This document shows positions 50,994 through 63,588 of a stretch of 64,000 bases of DNA, one piece after another. Numbering within the stretch: the first letter of the stretch is position 1; the number at the start of each line of letters is the position of its first letter. The notes under the pieces were generated by a model. The model did not search any database, was not told the origin of the DNA, and saw only the letters and a program-made list of their open reading frames with translations. Position numbers and translations under genes: made by a program. Source of the DNA: Rhizodiscina lignyota (taxonomy: Eukaryota). The DNA is taken from contig ML978123.1 in the NCBI GenBank assembly GCA_010015805.1, positions 682,001 to 746,000 on the forward strand. The letters are read 5' to 3'.

Positions 50994-51379
50994 ATGTCGA
51001 CTGTAATGGTACGTTCAATGTTCGGCGATAAGCACGCGGGCACCTGCTGACCCTCATGGCAGGTTACGCTGAAGGAGGGCCAGAGCAAGGCCGAGTGGGA
51101 GAAGTAAGAACATTTGAAGAAGAGCCTTTGCTATACATCAAGACTGATAAGGGAATCAGGGTGAAGCAGCAGGTCGTCGACCAAGGTGGCAAGATCACCC
51201 ATGAGTCGAAGCTGATTACGAGCTTCACGTGCGTTCCCCTCAAACTCTGATATCTGAGGATGCTCGACGAGGTAGATGCTGATTGACACAGTGCCGAATT
51301 CCCCAAGGACAAGGTTCATACCCTGGAGAGCAATGACCACGTTTCCGTTGAAGCGGACCAGGAGGTCAAGACTCAGTAG
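50994..51379 (+). CDS. Stand-alone peptidase inhibitor I9 (subtilisin propeptide-like, Pbi2/POIA-type), 70 aa
   Basis: Exons 50994-51008, 51063-51103, 51160-51228 and 51292-51379 (213 nt) give MSTVMVTLKEGQSKAEWEKVKQQVVDQGGKITHESKLITSFTAEFPKDKVHTLESNDHVSVEADQEVKTQ*. Confidence 0.88.
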
Positions 51380-51504
51380 ACATGAGCAGCCTGATTTTGA
51401 TAATGGCCACACGAGATCGATGAAGCGGGCTTCCGAACCTACGAGCAACGGCTTAGAATGATCACGAATTAAGATATATCAATGATACACTGCATGAGCA
51501 GTAT

Positions 51505-52893
51505 TTACAAAGTTTCGATTCCTCCATTTCCGTACAACCACATCAGCTCCCCATTTCTACCCATCACATTCCGCCAGAACTCCTCACTCAGACCTAATTT
51601 GTCCCTCTCCTGTAGCGGTAGCCGTAAGCTGTTGAGGTCTTTCGTCAACTGTACGACCTTTGCAACATGCTCTTGGCGCTGCTTCTCCCAAAGATTCAAT
51701 GCATCGTTTAGAGTCGCCTCTGCATCTCTCTTTTCGCTTTCATTCGTGACGTGCCCGGTCACATCTGGGTCGCTATGTTGTGTTCCATTCGAGGAGAAAT
51801 AAGGTGCCAATACTCCAGCAAGGCTCCAAGCTCCTTCTACTCCCTGACATGCACCTTGTCCTGCCATCGGAGGTACCGCATGTGCAGCATCTCCGACAAT
51901 TATCACTCTTCCTTTCTCACTCCTCCACCGCTCCAACTTTGGCAGACTATAGTAAGGCCACACGACAATGCTTTCTTTCTCCAGTTTCTCCAAGCCTCTC
52001 CTTACTGGTTCCGGCCACACCTCTAGGTCTCTCAGCAGCTGATCATGCAGAAACTGTTTATCGCTCGCTAGCTTCTTCCATCCATCCTTGGATAAGTTCT
52101 CCCAAGGCCACTGTCGAGCAAGTTGTATGAGCTTTCCGTCGAGTGTGTACGGGACGATCAGCACCACACCTGCATTCGAGCTCATGATATTTGGCAATCC
52201 CCATCCCTCGTTGCCATCCTGCAAGGGATTTGGCAGGTTGATGGCTTCTGCCTTCACGGTAGCGGTAATGGCTAGCCCACCTGCCCACACCGGCTCCGCT
52301 TTCTCGGGGTCGGGAACCACGATGGATCGGATTCGCGACCATATGCCATCCGCACCGACAAGGAAGGGCGTAGTAGCGGTTGAGCCATCAGTAAAAGCGA
52401 AAGAAACCGACGTCGGAGACTCTAATGTGATATGGGAGAAACATTTCGAGTAGTGGATCGGAATGCCCACGTCGGCGCAGAGGGCGCGGAGGACAACGAG
52501 AACGGACTGCCGCATTATCCTTAGAGCTTTGTAACCGTACATCTTCTCGTGTCCGATCAGCCAGTCGTCCACCTTCTTGACCTTGATCTGTTCCTGCTTC
52601 TCGCAACCGACACTGTCCTCTTTTGCGGAGTCTTTCTGCTTCTGCTGTACCGTTTGCGAGAAGGTCAGCCCCTCAATGGGGAAGCCCGCATCCCGGATCC
52701 GCTCATAGACGCCTAGTTTGTCGAATATTCGCAATGCATTTGGCGCGAGCATGATTGGACCAGGCGTTAAATGGGACTCGGGTCGCATTTCGTAGATGAC
52801 GGAAGGAATAGAATAGTGATGGAGTGACAGAGCTAAGGTGAGACCTGCGATGCCCGCGCCAATTATGGCGATGGGCTCTGGAGAGTTTGGCAT
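51505..52893 (-). CDS. FAD-dependent monooxygenase (group A aromatic hydroxylase-like)
   Basis: IAIIGAGIAGL, LVGADGIWSRIR and GRVIIVGDAAHAVPPMAGQGACQGVE; intronless. Confidence 0.92.
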   Translation of the reverse strand: MPNSPEPIAIIGAGIAGLTLALSLHHYSIPSVIYEMRPESHLTPGPIMLAPNALRIFDKLGVYERIRDAGFPIEGLTFSQTVQQKQKDSAKEDSVGCEKQEQIKVKKVDDWLIGHEKMYGYKALRIMRQSVLVVLRALCADVGIPIHYSKCFSHITLESPTSVSFAFTDGSTATTPFLVGADGIWSRIRSIVVPDPEKAEPVWAGGLAITATVKAEAINLPNPLQDGNEGWGLPNIMSSNAGVVLIVPYTLDGKLIQLARQWPWENLSKDGWKKLASDKQFLHDQLLRDLEVWPEPVRRGLEKLEKESIVVWPYYSLPKLERWRSEKGRVIIVGDAAHAVPPMAGQGACQGVEGAWSLAGVLAPYFSSNGTQHSDPDVTGHVTNESEKRDAEATLNDALNLWEKQRQEHVAKVVQLTKDLNSLRLPLQERDKLGLSEEFWRNVMGRNGELMWLYGNGGIETL

Positions 52894-53611
52894 GTCAAGG
52901 AATTGATGCTGCGTTATAGAGAAAGAATAGTAGAGTGTAGGCCTGAGAGAGCACCGGAAACTGAACTTGGATGATATGCACTGGTTGTGATAGAAGCTAC
53001 AAACGATTCAGACGAAAGAGGTCCAAGCGTCGAATTCAAAGGAATGAAAAGATAGATTTCATGTCAAAAGGTGAAATACTATGTCTTTTTCTACAATGGT
53101 CAAGCTTTCGTCAGCCGGAAGACCGAGTACCTACGGTTCCACAACTAGAAGGGTAGAAACCCAAATAGCAGGCAGGACTTAACCATTCGCAGGTTTAGTA
53201 CAGACTGTCGAGGCCTTAGCAGGATTAGGATTCCCTGTTGTATTCACTCTGGGTGTAACGGAAGGTTCTTGAATAAGAAAGAGCCGGTTCCTCATGAGCG
53301 AACGGCGCAACCAAATTCTGGGTGGCCCCACCTAAACCTAGGTGGTCTTATGCCACGACAACGGCTGACATAAGGAACTAGCGCTCGGCCTCTCGCGATG
53401 AGATGGTCCCCGAGCGCTCGTGAACTCGGTCAGGTAATCTCACCGAAACGGTATGTAAGAAATGATTCCGAAAGGCAGGAAAAATATCACTGAGTGCTTT
53501 GATCTGCTGGAAATACATGTTTATGGGCAATGATTTTCAATGGAACGTTAAGGAAGAAGAGTGGTATTAAACTGTCTCTCAAGGATCCAACAAGCAAGCA
53601 GAAAACTAGTG

Positions 53612-56565
53612 CTACGAATCTTCCTCTCCCGGCGGTTTCTTATCCCGCTGATATAGCTCTGGATCACTTTCCCTCCTCCTATCCCACGTCGGCGTTCTGA
53701 ATATACCCTCATCCTCGTTGTCCTCGTCATTATCCTGACTATTATCCTGACTTTCATCAGCCCGGTCTCCCTCCGCGCCTTTCTCCGCATCCATCACGTT
53801 CACTCCCTCAGGCGGCCCAGCAACGTCAACTCTCCTCTCCCTTCTCTCCACCCGCCGCATATATCTGTTCATGCTCTCGCAAAGCCTATCCAAGACGAAC
53901 TCTGCCTCGCCCACTCCGCTCATCATGGGACTGTCTTCGCCAATCCAATCCCACCCAATGAGCCCTTCCTCCTCTTCCTCCTCCGTAGCCTTCTTCTTCG
54001 AGCCCGCAGTAAAGCGGATCAGCCTTGTAAACTCCACCCACTCCTCATAGTTGTATTTTCGTGGCGTCTCCAGCGTAAGGTCATGTGCAGTCCGCCTGAT
54101 GGCATCAGCTAAGCCCCTCGCCAATTCCGCATCACTGGGCGGGCGGCCTGCTTCATCCTCTTCCGCTTCTCCAGCAAGCTCCTCGATGTTTGCATGCGGA
54201 GGCGGGGCATTTTCTTCGTCTTCAGGGCCAGGTATGCCACGCTTAATGCGCTTCTGCTCCTGCAAATTCTGCAGCCAACGAACGAGCCACGGGAACTTGT
54301 CCAACAAGCTCCTCCACACCCCTTCTTTTGGAAGGACGGTAAAGTCCGCAACGGCATATGTGCCCTTTTTGAATCCACTGATGATGGTGTCTCCCATGTC
54401 ACTGATGAGGATCGTCATCGTTGGCACTGCAATCAAACTCCACACAACGAAGAATGGTCTTCCGGCATTGCTCTTTGGAGCCAGGTCGCCATAACCAATG
54501 GTGAGCAGCGAGACGTAGCAGAAATATAAGCCTTGGAAATAGGTCATGCCCTGAACGTCCTTTTCCGCCTGCCAAAATACAACCGCACCAACGCACCAAA
54601 GGGTGCCGAACGCAATGACAGACAGTGTGAGACGCCACCACCGCTTAAAGGATTCAGTTGCGTGCTGGATACGACGCATGGCCTCGAATCGGTCCTTCTC
54701 CTCCCGGAGGACGAGAAGCTTTGACCTGCTCTTTATTGCTTCGCGCATGGTTAAGTGCTTCCGAACCCCTGGAATGTACTGACCAGGCCCAAGGCTTTCT
54801 CTCCGGGTGCTAGAAGCCCGACGACTAGTATTAGAAGGGCGTCTGGGAAGGGGTTGCTTATCGTTTGGAGTAAAGAAACGGATAAGCCTTTGTCGCTTTG
54901 GTAACTCGTGTGAAGCAGGCCGTTCGAGCTCCATGGAGGTGGTGACGGTGCGCTCCAGAGTGCGGGCTCGGATATGATCAATATGCCTCTTGACAACCTT
55001 GTCTTCACTGATCTCATTGGCAAAATTGTTGATCGATGAGATTACAAGACCAAGCATTATGATTCCTCCGACCGAATACGGAAACACGAGACCACGGCCG
55101 ACATCATCATGTGGGTAAATGTCGCCAAAGCCAACAGTTAAGATGGTGACGTCGCAGAAGTACAGCTTCGGAAATATCTAGTTAGTCAGGCTTTTGCGAC
55201 ACTGGGTTCAAGCTCACCCCGTCCACAAAACTCAGGCCATTTCCCGGTCCACCAAATGTACTCTCGATACGAGAAAACATTCCAGCGCCGCCGGCGAGCC
55301 AAATGAAAAACAGCATCGTTTGCAGAATGAGCGTCCGCTGGTGGTCGGTTAGGGTGAAGTGCTGTGGATAATGTCCCAGGAAATATCCAAGCATGTTCAT
55401 CATCAAAATCATCGAGCATATACAATATAGCACCGCAGCGATGATGGCGTACCAGAAACCTTGTGAATACGTCTCCCGAGGCCGATTTGGCGGTACATAT
55501 ATGTTCATGGAAGCCGTAATTGCTATCAGCTATAACGAGTCAGCCGTCGGAATATGAACAACCACTGTCCCATTAGTGGAAGCAGGGGTAATAGCAGGGC
55601 GTGATGCTATATTATTGGAGAAAATGTTCATGCTGTACTTACAATGGCGGTGGCAATATACCAGCAGATAATAGTCAAAGGTAGAGCGATGAGATATCGG
55701 ATACGATTGGTGAAGTTGAAAAGCAAAAAGAGGTTACCGATGAAGCCGAGAATGAGCGACGCTACATTGAGCCAATAGCACCTAAGTGATAATCAGTATA
55801 CATACAATTGAATGAGAGACTGTGCACAGTAGAAGACCGTGGCCAAAGAGGAGACATCAAACTTTACCATCTCGGATCAGGATAGGGTATGCCTTGAAGC
55901 TCGGAGAGCTTATTTCCCCGATCATCATATAATTTAACGCGCCAAAAAGTGATCAGAGCTGCTATCGAAAGCACATTTGCTAGAGGCGCAATCGTGGCAG
56001 CAATGAGTCTAGTCTCTGTTAGCGTCCTAGTCTTGAGATTATCGTGTGAGGGACTTACGGCACTGCAGTAGATGCAAACCACCAATCCCTTGCATTTCGT
56101 TAGCTGTTAATCCACCGAATCGAAATTTAGTGTAGAGCTGGGATCCCGGAAAGCACAATGTAAGACGTTCCACGCCTCTTCGTCGCCGTTGTATTCGAAT
56201 CTCCAACTACATGAAAAGTAGGTGATGCAGGAGTTTTTGGATCATATCGAGGAGCATTATCATTAATTCCCTCCCCTAGTAGCCTTTCTCGTAGTCTTTG
56301 ATATCCCCACATATTGTTTGCGAATTATGGGCTCTTTTGTTGTCCAATAGTCGTAGCATACGTCATACGAGACAGGAAATGCAATACAAGCAAAGATATA
56401 TAAAATGACTTACACATCTTGGTCGTCGTCATCGTCCCTCATCTTGAACTTCCACCATGTCCGTGAGTACGACACTGTCGGGCGAAGAGGCCCGCCATCC
56501 TTCCCACCATTCCTGTCCGAGAAGGCGATGCTCCTTGCGAATGAGGTCGTGCTCGGATCCGGCAT
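53612..56565 (-). CDS. TOK1: Outward-rectifying two-pore potassium channel
   Basis: DWWFASTAVPLIAATIAPLAN, YSQGFWYAIIAA, pore loops TVGFGD and TIGYGD; multi-exon. The start (MPDPSTT...) is a manual prediction. Confidence 0.92.
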
Positions 56566-57183
56566 GCTGGGGCCAATTGACTCGTGCTATCGAAGACAAG
56601 ACAGATGCCATGCCATGCCCAGACAAAGGCAGAGAGACTAGGGATATACCCCACAATATGAGGATGTTGCCCTGGAGCCTGCGAGTCAGACTGGGAAGTT
56701 AAGAGATCTGGTGGAGCGCGTTGCAGTGCTAAGATCGATGGAGCAATCCAGGTGTTCTCTCAGGTGAAGGGCTGATGCAGATATGCACGAGTGCAGTAGT
56801 CGTGGTGCGCAAAAAGCAGAGACAAAGCGGGCAGATAAGGATAATAAGTGGCCATCGTGCCGAATGGAAGCGTGATGCAGTGCGACGGCGCATTCAGGTC
56901 GACGCGTTCTGCGGGAGGAACGCTTGAACGCGGGAACTTGGGAAGCATGACATAGAATCCTTTTTCCTGGTAGCGATCCCAGCAGCCAGCCCATGTGCGC
57001 GTCAAGATCGGGATTAGTGGAGATCTGCCAGGATAAAACAAAGCCTCATTCGTCACCTAATCGGATGACAGAGGGAGGCCATGTGCTGAGAAACAAAGCT
57101 TGGCTGGTGCTCGTGCAGCGTTCAAATAAAGCTCTATTTACATGTACATGAGTATTCTTAATTGCGCATATACAGAAGGCCCG

Positions 57184-58287
57184 TCACTTTTGTGCATTCA
57201 GTTTCTCGGTCAACTCTGGGACCTTCTCAAACAAGTCTCCAACCAAGCCTACGTCTGCGATCTGGAAGATGGGTGCATCTCCGTCCTTGTTGATGCATGC
57301 AATAACCTTGCTGTCCTTCATCCCCGCCAGATGCTGAATAGCACCGCTAATTCCGGCGCAGAGATATAACTGGGGAGCGACATTCTTCCCCGTTTGGCCC
57401 ACTTGCAAACTGTTGTCCGCAAAGCCGCTGTCCACAGCAGCTCTTGACGCGCCAATTGCCGCACCCAGTGCATCTGCGAGAGGAGGCATGAGACGGTCAA
57501 ACTCTTCTTTGGACTTCAGGCCTCGGCCGCCTGAAACGACTCTGCTCGCCGTAGCTAGGTCCGGTCGATCTGATTTCGTGAGGTTCTCTGATACCCACTC
57601 AGTCGGGCATTCGGCATTGGGATCAGCGCCTTCTTCAATCGCTGCTGAGCCACCTTCTGTTTCTCCTGCTGCGAAAGCCGTCCCTCTTACGGTAATAACC
57701 TTGGTACTGTCTCCTGACTTGACGGTGAGGATAGCGTTTCCTGCGTAAATTGGTCGGACAAAGGTATCCTCGCCCTCAATGCCTATTACATCTGATAACT
57801 GCTGTGTATCGAGGAGAGCCGCTACCCTTGGCATAAGATTCTTGCCAAACGCCGAGTGTCCGGCAAGGATGTGTGTAAATCCCCCCTTCTTGATGTTCTC
57901 GACGAGTAGTGGAGCGTAGTTTTCTGCAAGGCCCTGACATAATTCAGTCAGCAATGTAATTGAGCTCGCGTGCATAGTATATACCCTGTCATAGGCGCCA
58001 TTCTCGACGAATATAACTTTCTCTAATCCTTTGACCTTTGCCGCCTCCTCAGCTACCGCTTTGGTCCCGCTGCCAGCAACAATGCCAGTTACTGAACCGC
58101 CCAGCTTTTGAGCTGCTGTGACCGCTGCTAATGACGAGACATTTAGTTTCCCATCTCTTTGTTCCAGCACTGCTAATGACGACAGTAATCTAGCCAGGGC
58201 AGAGTATTGAGGGACGGTGACGGACTGGAATTGCCGTAGTTGCGTCCGCGCCTGGCGAAGGGCTGACCCCCGCGCGACTGAGAACAT
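57184..58287 (-). CDS. ETFA: Electron transfer flavoprotein alpha subunit, mitochondrial
   Basis: Arg-rich presequence; TFVRPIYAGNAI, VVSGGRGLKS, QVGQTGK and GISGAIQHLAGMKDSK. Intron 57934-57984. Confidence 0.96.
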   Translation of the reverse strand: MFSVARGSALRQARTQLRQFQSVTVPQYSALARLLSSLAVLEQRDGKLNVSSLAAVTAAQKLGGSVTGIVAGSGTKAVAEEAAKVKGLEKVIFVENGAYDRVYTMHASSITLLTELCQGLAENYAPLLVENIKKGGFTHILAGHSAFGKNLMPRVAALLDTQQLSDVIGIEGEDTFVRPIYAGNAILTVKSGDSTKVITVRGTAFAAGETEGGSAAIEEGADPNAECPTEWVSENLTKSDRPDLATASRVVSGGRGLKSKEEFDRLMPPLADALGAAIGASRAAVDSGFADNSLQVGQTGKNVAPQLYLCAGISGAIQHLAGMKDSKVIACINKDGDAPIFQIADVGLVGDLFEKVPELTEKLNAQK

Positions 58288-58746
58288 GGTGATGGTGTCG
58301 CTGGGAGTGTGGAGGAGAGGATTGGCAGATATACAATGCTCGAAGCGACCTCGGCCTCACCACCATGGGCAATCGAGAAGGACGCCGCCGTACACTCGGC
58401 TAGCGACCGGCTAGGGACGGTTTCGGAGCAGCATCGGAAAGATTATTTCACGTGATGCCTTATGTAAGTATACGGCAGGCTCCGTGTTGATCTTGGCAGA
58501 GCCAAGTTGTGCCAGGATGCGCTTCCCCTTCACGAAACGCAGTCCAACGCGCTCTCCATCTCCCACGCCAGACACGCGCTCACAACCACCCCACACCTTC
58601 CCCAGCATTGTTGTTTAGGTGACTGGAGTCGCATCAACTACATTTCTCTGGCTTCTCGGAGACCCAGGCACCTCCGTCTATCGCGACTGACAACGCGAGA
58701 TTCGACCTGACGACCTACGAGCAACCACCTGCGCGCAGCTAAGACA

Positions 58747-61215
58747 ATGGCTGATCAGACGGCGGGGGAGGAATTACTTGCAGCTGAAGGAGCAGCTGGT
58801 GCTGATGTCGTGGATTCCGGGGCTGATGCTCCAGGAGATGCGGCGCAAGGTGAAAGCGCAACAGGTATGTTCAGAGCAATCCGAACGCATACATGGGCTT
58901 TCCGCGCAGGAAGTCGGACTATACTTGATCCACACGATGCGCTATCTCAGGTTCACTGCTGATATTTGCAATAGAGGCAGATATTGATACCACCATGGGC
59001 GATCAAGGCGCCGATGCTCCCGCAGATACTACCACTGACACACAGCCAATCTCCGACAATCCTCTAGACGCTCCAGAGGGACCGAGGCCAGACGCTGAAG
59101 ATGCCGAAGCGGTCGAAGATGAAGAAATGGGCGATGCTGCAGATGCTGCAGACGGTGAGGAGGATACAAAGAAGGAGATGGACGGCGATAAAGATGGAGC
59201 AGAAGGCATAGATGCTCCGGCCGATGGGCAACAAACTCAGACAAAGTCATCGCTCGAGTCCCAAGCTCGATCCCATCTCATTGCGCAGACACACGCCATC
59301 ATCCTTCCCAGCTACAGCACATGGTTCGACATGCACCAGATACACAATCTGGAGCGCAAGGCACTACCCGAATTCTTCAACAGCCGGAACCGAAGCAAGA
59401 CACCAGCAATCTACAAGGACTATCGAGATTTTATGATCAATACCTACCGTCTCAATCCGACTGAATATCTGACTGTCACCGCATGTCGCAGGAATCTCGC
59501 AGGCGATGTTTGCGCGATTATGCGGGTTCATGCTTTCCTAGAACAATGGGGCCTTATCAACTATCAAGTATGTACCGACGCAATTTTTGACACGTTGCAG
59601 TGCTAATGTTATGTAATAGGTTGACCCAGATACCCGTCCTTCTACCATTGGTCCCCCATTCACCGGCCATTTCCGCATCGTAGCAGATACACCCCGTGGG
59701 TTGCAGCCTCTGCAGCCGGCTCCTGGCTCCACCAGCACCTCTGGAAAGGCCCATGCAACAACAGAACGCCTTGCTAGCGCTGCTCCTCCCATAAAATCAG
59801 ACCTAAACCTTGAGATCCGTCGTAACGTCTACGATACCAACGGCAAAGACGTCACGCCTGCAGAGGTTAAGGATAAGCCATCAGCAGACGGTGAAGGTAG
59901 TGGTGCAAACCGAACCCCTGCCGCAGATGGCAGCACAAAGAGTCTAGAAGATGCGCTCAAAGAACCAGGCAAGCAGTATCACTGCTATTCATGTGGCATT
60001 GACTGTTCGAGGGTGCGATACCACAATTCAAAGGCTCCACCACATTCGGCGCAAGGCAAGACTGGCGCAATGAGCAAGTGGGATTTGTGCCCAAATTGTT
60101 TCATGGAGGGCCGGTTCCCGGCTTCAACGACCGCAAGCGACTATACCAAGCTCGAGAATGAAAAATACTCCGCGCTACCGGACAGAGAAGCACCATGGTC
60201 CGATGCAGAGACGCTTCTCCTCCTGGAAGGTTTGGAATTGTTCGACGACAGCTGGAACGATGTCTCCGACCATGTTGGAACGAGGACGAGGGAAGAGTGC
60301 ATCCTAAAATTCTTGCAACTAGAAATCGAGGACAAGTATCTCGAGCCCGAACCAGCACCCGAACTGAACGGCAACGTCAATGGAGCGGCGAGCATGGCAT
60401 ATTTAAGCAAGGGTCGCATCCCATTCACACAGTCTGACAATCCGGTATTATCAGTCATGAGCTTCCTTGCTGGATTGGCCGAGCCTAATGTCACAGCTGC
60501 CGCTGCTGGCAAGAGTGTGGAAGAGATGAAAAAGACGCTGCGCGAGCGATTGGAGAAGGCGAATACGACTGGCAAGGGGAAAGGCAAGGCTACTGAGGAC
60601 GATTCTGCTGACAAGCCTGCGGAGAGCACTGAGGAAAGTGCCGCAGCGGAGAAGCCGTCTGAGGTAAAGAACGAAGACTCGATGGACGTTGATCAACCTG
60701 CTGCAGCTGCATCTCCTCAGCCCGCTGAAGATAATGCTGTTGCAATTGCTGATCCTAAAAAGACGGGCGCCAATCCTCAAGTCACTGTACCCTTGGCATT
60801 GTCCGCTGCTCGCGCTTCGGCCCTCGCTTCCCACGAGGAGCGCCATCTTACACGTCTCGTATCCGCAGCCACGAACCTACAGCTTCAGAAGCTTGACCTC
60901 AAGCTGCAGCAATTCTCCGAGCTCGAATCATTACTCTCCGCTGAGCGCAGAGATCTGGAGCGCCGTCGGCAGCAGTTGTTCCTTGACAGACTAGCATTCC
61001 AGAAGCGCATGCGCAGCGTTGAGGACACGTTCAACAGGGCGTGCAGCCTGTCACCAAATGAGGGTAGGGAGATGATTCAAGAAGTTGTGAAGGGCTTTGG
61101 ACTGCAGAGAGCCGGTGAAGGAATGGCGGCGATGAAAGCTGGCGTGGAGAAGACCGGTGGTGAGGTCATGCCGGTGGGGAGTGAGGAAAAGGGTTACAAG
61201 ATGTGGGAGATTTAA
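58747..61215 (+). CDS. RSC8: RSC/SWI-SNF subunit Rsc8/Swi3/Ssr2 (SWIRM, ZZ, SANT, leucine zipper)
   Basis: [10 protein letters not shown]...[42 protein letters not shown]...CPNCF and [14 protein letters not shown]. Introns 58865-58974 and 59568-59619. Confidence 0.95.
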
Positions 61216-62122
61216 ACCTCCCATTTTCTTGGCATAAATTGGGAGTGGAGCATGGGTTAATCATTCGGCAGGTTGCTGAGTCCTCTTGGCGGTAGAATGC
61301 CTGTCTCGGGCATGTTTTGGGCGTTCCTGGACGGAGACACGGTTCTCTGGGAAATGTGACGATTGACAAGTTTTTCCCGTATTCTGTGGAAGCAAACCTA
61401 AAAGGCTGAATTCACATTATGTAGTATTAGCATTCTCTTGGAAACAGATGATGACGATTTGTCTCATGAAAATTGAACCATCACGTGTGTTTGCCTTTGG
61501 CCCAAGCTCCCGTCCTTTTCGCTCGTTGATGACTTCCACCTTCACCAATCTTCTGTCTTGCCCGACCTGGTCTCCTTTTGATTAAAGGCATCGTTACTGA
61601 CCAAATTTCCTGGGAATTAGATTGAGACTAGAGAGATACCATCGACCTGTGCCTAGAACTGTCAATCGGCCCCTGACACGCCAGAGCTCCGCAAGTCCTA
61701 TGCTGTGCGCTTTAAAAATCCACCTCATCATTCGTGGCTCCGTCCCACGGCGACGCTACATCATGATAACGAATATATTGAGGCCTTTCAGCTTACGAGG
61801 ACTCTGCTTAGCTTATCTTCCTGATCACTGAACTTGAACATTATGAGAGTTTCTTGAGCGCTGGTCAAGTCCGTTGTTCCGCGCGGTATCAGCGCTCCAC
61901 CCGAAACTCGCTGGAGCGGACTTGTTCTCTCGCAAGTAGAATCCAAATCAGGCGTAGGTAGCTTATATTTGAAGACCAGAGACTCTACGGGTAGAAATCA
62001 GTCAGTCACACGAATTATACGGTCTCGGTGTTCATCAGTCGCCAGTCACAGATGCTGGCCTAGCGCTTACTTCATCTTACTTGATTACCTCTTCAGATCG
62101 TATCGCTTTAGTACAACAACTT

Positions 62123-63588
62123 ATGACTCTGGTAAACCGATCACTTCTTCCCCTCTTGTATTTGCTTCGTAATCCTAAATCCTTTGTTCGGAAATTTTGC
62201 GCAGAATGTATATCGTGTCTTTGCAGATACTTTAGCTCTTTTTCGTTCCACGGACTACTCCGACCTGTATCGACGATTATTTAGATTATTGGTTGCAAAG
62301 ATTTTCAAAATGAATCTCAGTGAAGAAGAGACCAAAGCCATCAGAGCGTAAGTCATATATCTATCCCGGACTCTGTCACTTGGATACTGATTGCCAAGAC
62401 TATAGTCAGATGTTCTCGACGCCGACTCTCCAGCGTTATAAGACATTTTGCGATGAGAAGTCTCTTCCCGTAAACGTTGAGGACATCTCAGAAGAGGCGC
62501 AAATAGGCTGGCTCGGTTCTCCAAAGGCTTCTAAAGTTGTCCTGTACACATGCGGTGAGTTCACCATCGCGTTCGTGGAATGGTTCTCTTACTTTCATAG
62601 GCGGCGGCCTGAAGGATCCGGCAACGCCATTCCATATACCGTTAATTTACAACGGCGTCCATCCGGTGCCCGAAGGCAATGAAGTTGCTGTTGGCCTTAT
62701 CATGCATGGTACGTGCTGGACTGCATCGCATTAATGGATATCCGTGACGGCGCACAATTAACTTCTCAGGTCTCGCACCATCATGTCGATATCCTGGACA
62801 GATTAGAGACTTCATTCTTGTTCTGAATCATATCTTGAAGACAAGACAAGCAAATTCGGTCAGCCTTCCGCCGGTCTAGTACAGTAGAGCCCAGTACGGC
62901 AGCTAGTTGAGACAAGATCTACCTAGCAGGCGATTCGTCTGGATCCGCATTGATCATTGCCGCTCTCTTTCACCTCGCTCATCCGCACCCACATGTCCCT
63001 GCACTTGAATTACCGCTATCGCAGGCTTTCGCGGGCGGTCTTCTCATCTCTCCCGCGTTTCCGCTCCCTTCCTCCGCTCCATCGGTCGACAGCAACAACG
63101 GTAAAGATCTGTATCCTAAATCCTCCTTGGTGGAGATGCGGGATACTGTTAGCTCTTCGACAGAAGAAGGCTTCAAGTTGACCATGTCTGACCCGTACTT
63201 TGCACCGGAGCAAGCGCCAGAAGCGTGGTTTTCGAATTTACCCATTGGAGATGTTTTGTTCTTGTTCGGAGGCAAAGAGATGCTTCACGATGACCTCGCA
63301 ACATGGGCAGTGAGGTTCAAGGTAAGAAAGAAAAATATCTCGCTTTGTACCTCGAGCAGGGGAGCTTCCATGCGTGTGGAGCTATCCTCCCTTGGCCTAT
63401 TGCGGACGCACCAACTTGCTCTTTCTCGACCCAAACTAACAGTATTCCAGAGGCAACATAAATCGCTCGTCGATATACACGATAATCCAGACCATGTACA
63501 TTGGCAATTCATTGTTGATGCAATGATGGGCGGGGACCCGTCTGTGCAGACGTCTGATATTGTTAAATGGCTGCAGTCCCTCTATTGA
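62123..63588 (+). CDS. Divergent alpha/beta hydrolase fold-3 (HSL/Say1-like esterase); 5' exons uncertain
   Basis: Spliced VVLYTC|GGG, LAPSCRYPGQI, IYLAGDSSGS, LLISP, GGKEMLHDD and a C-terminal HVH; multiple GT-AG introns. Confidence 0.78.
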
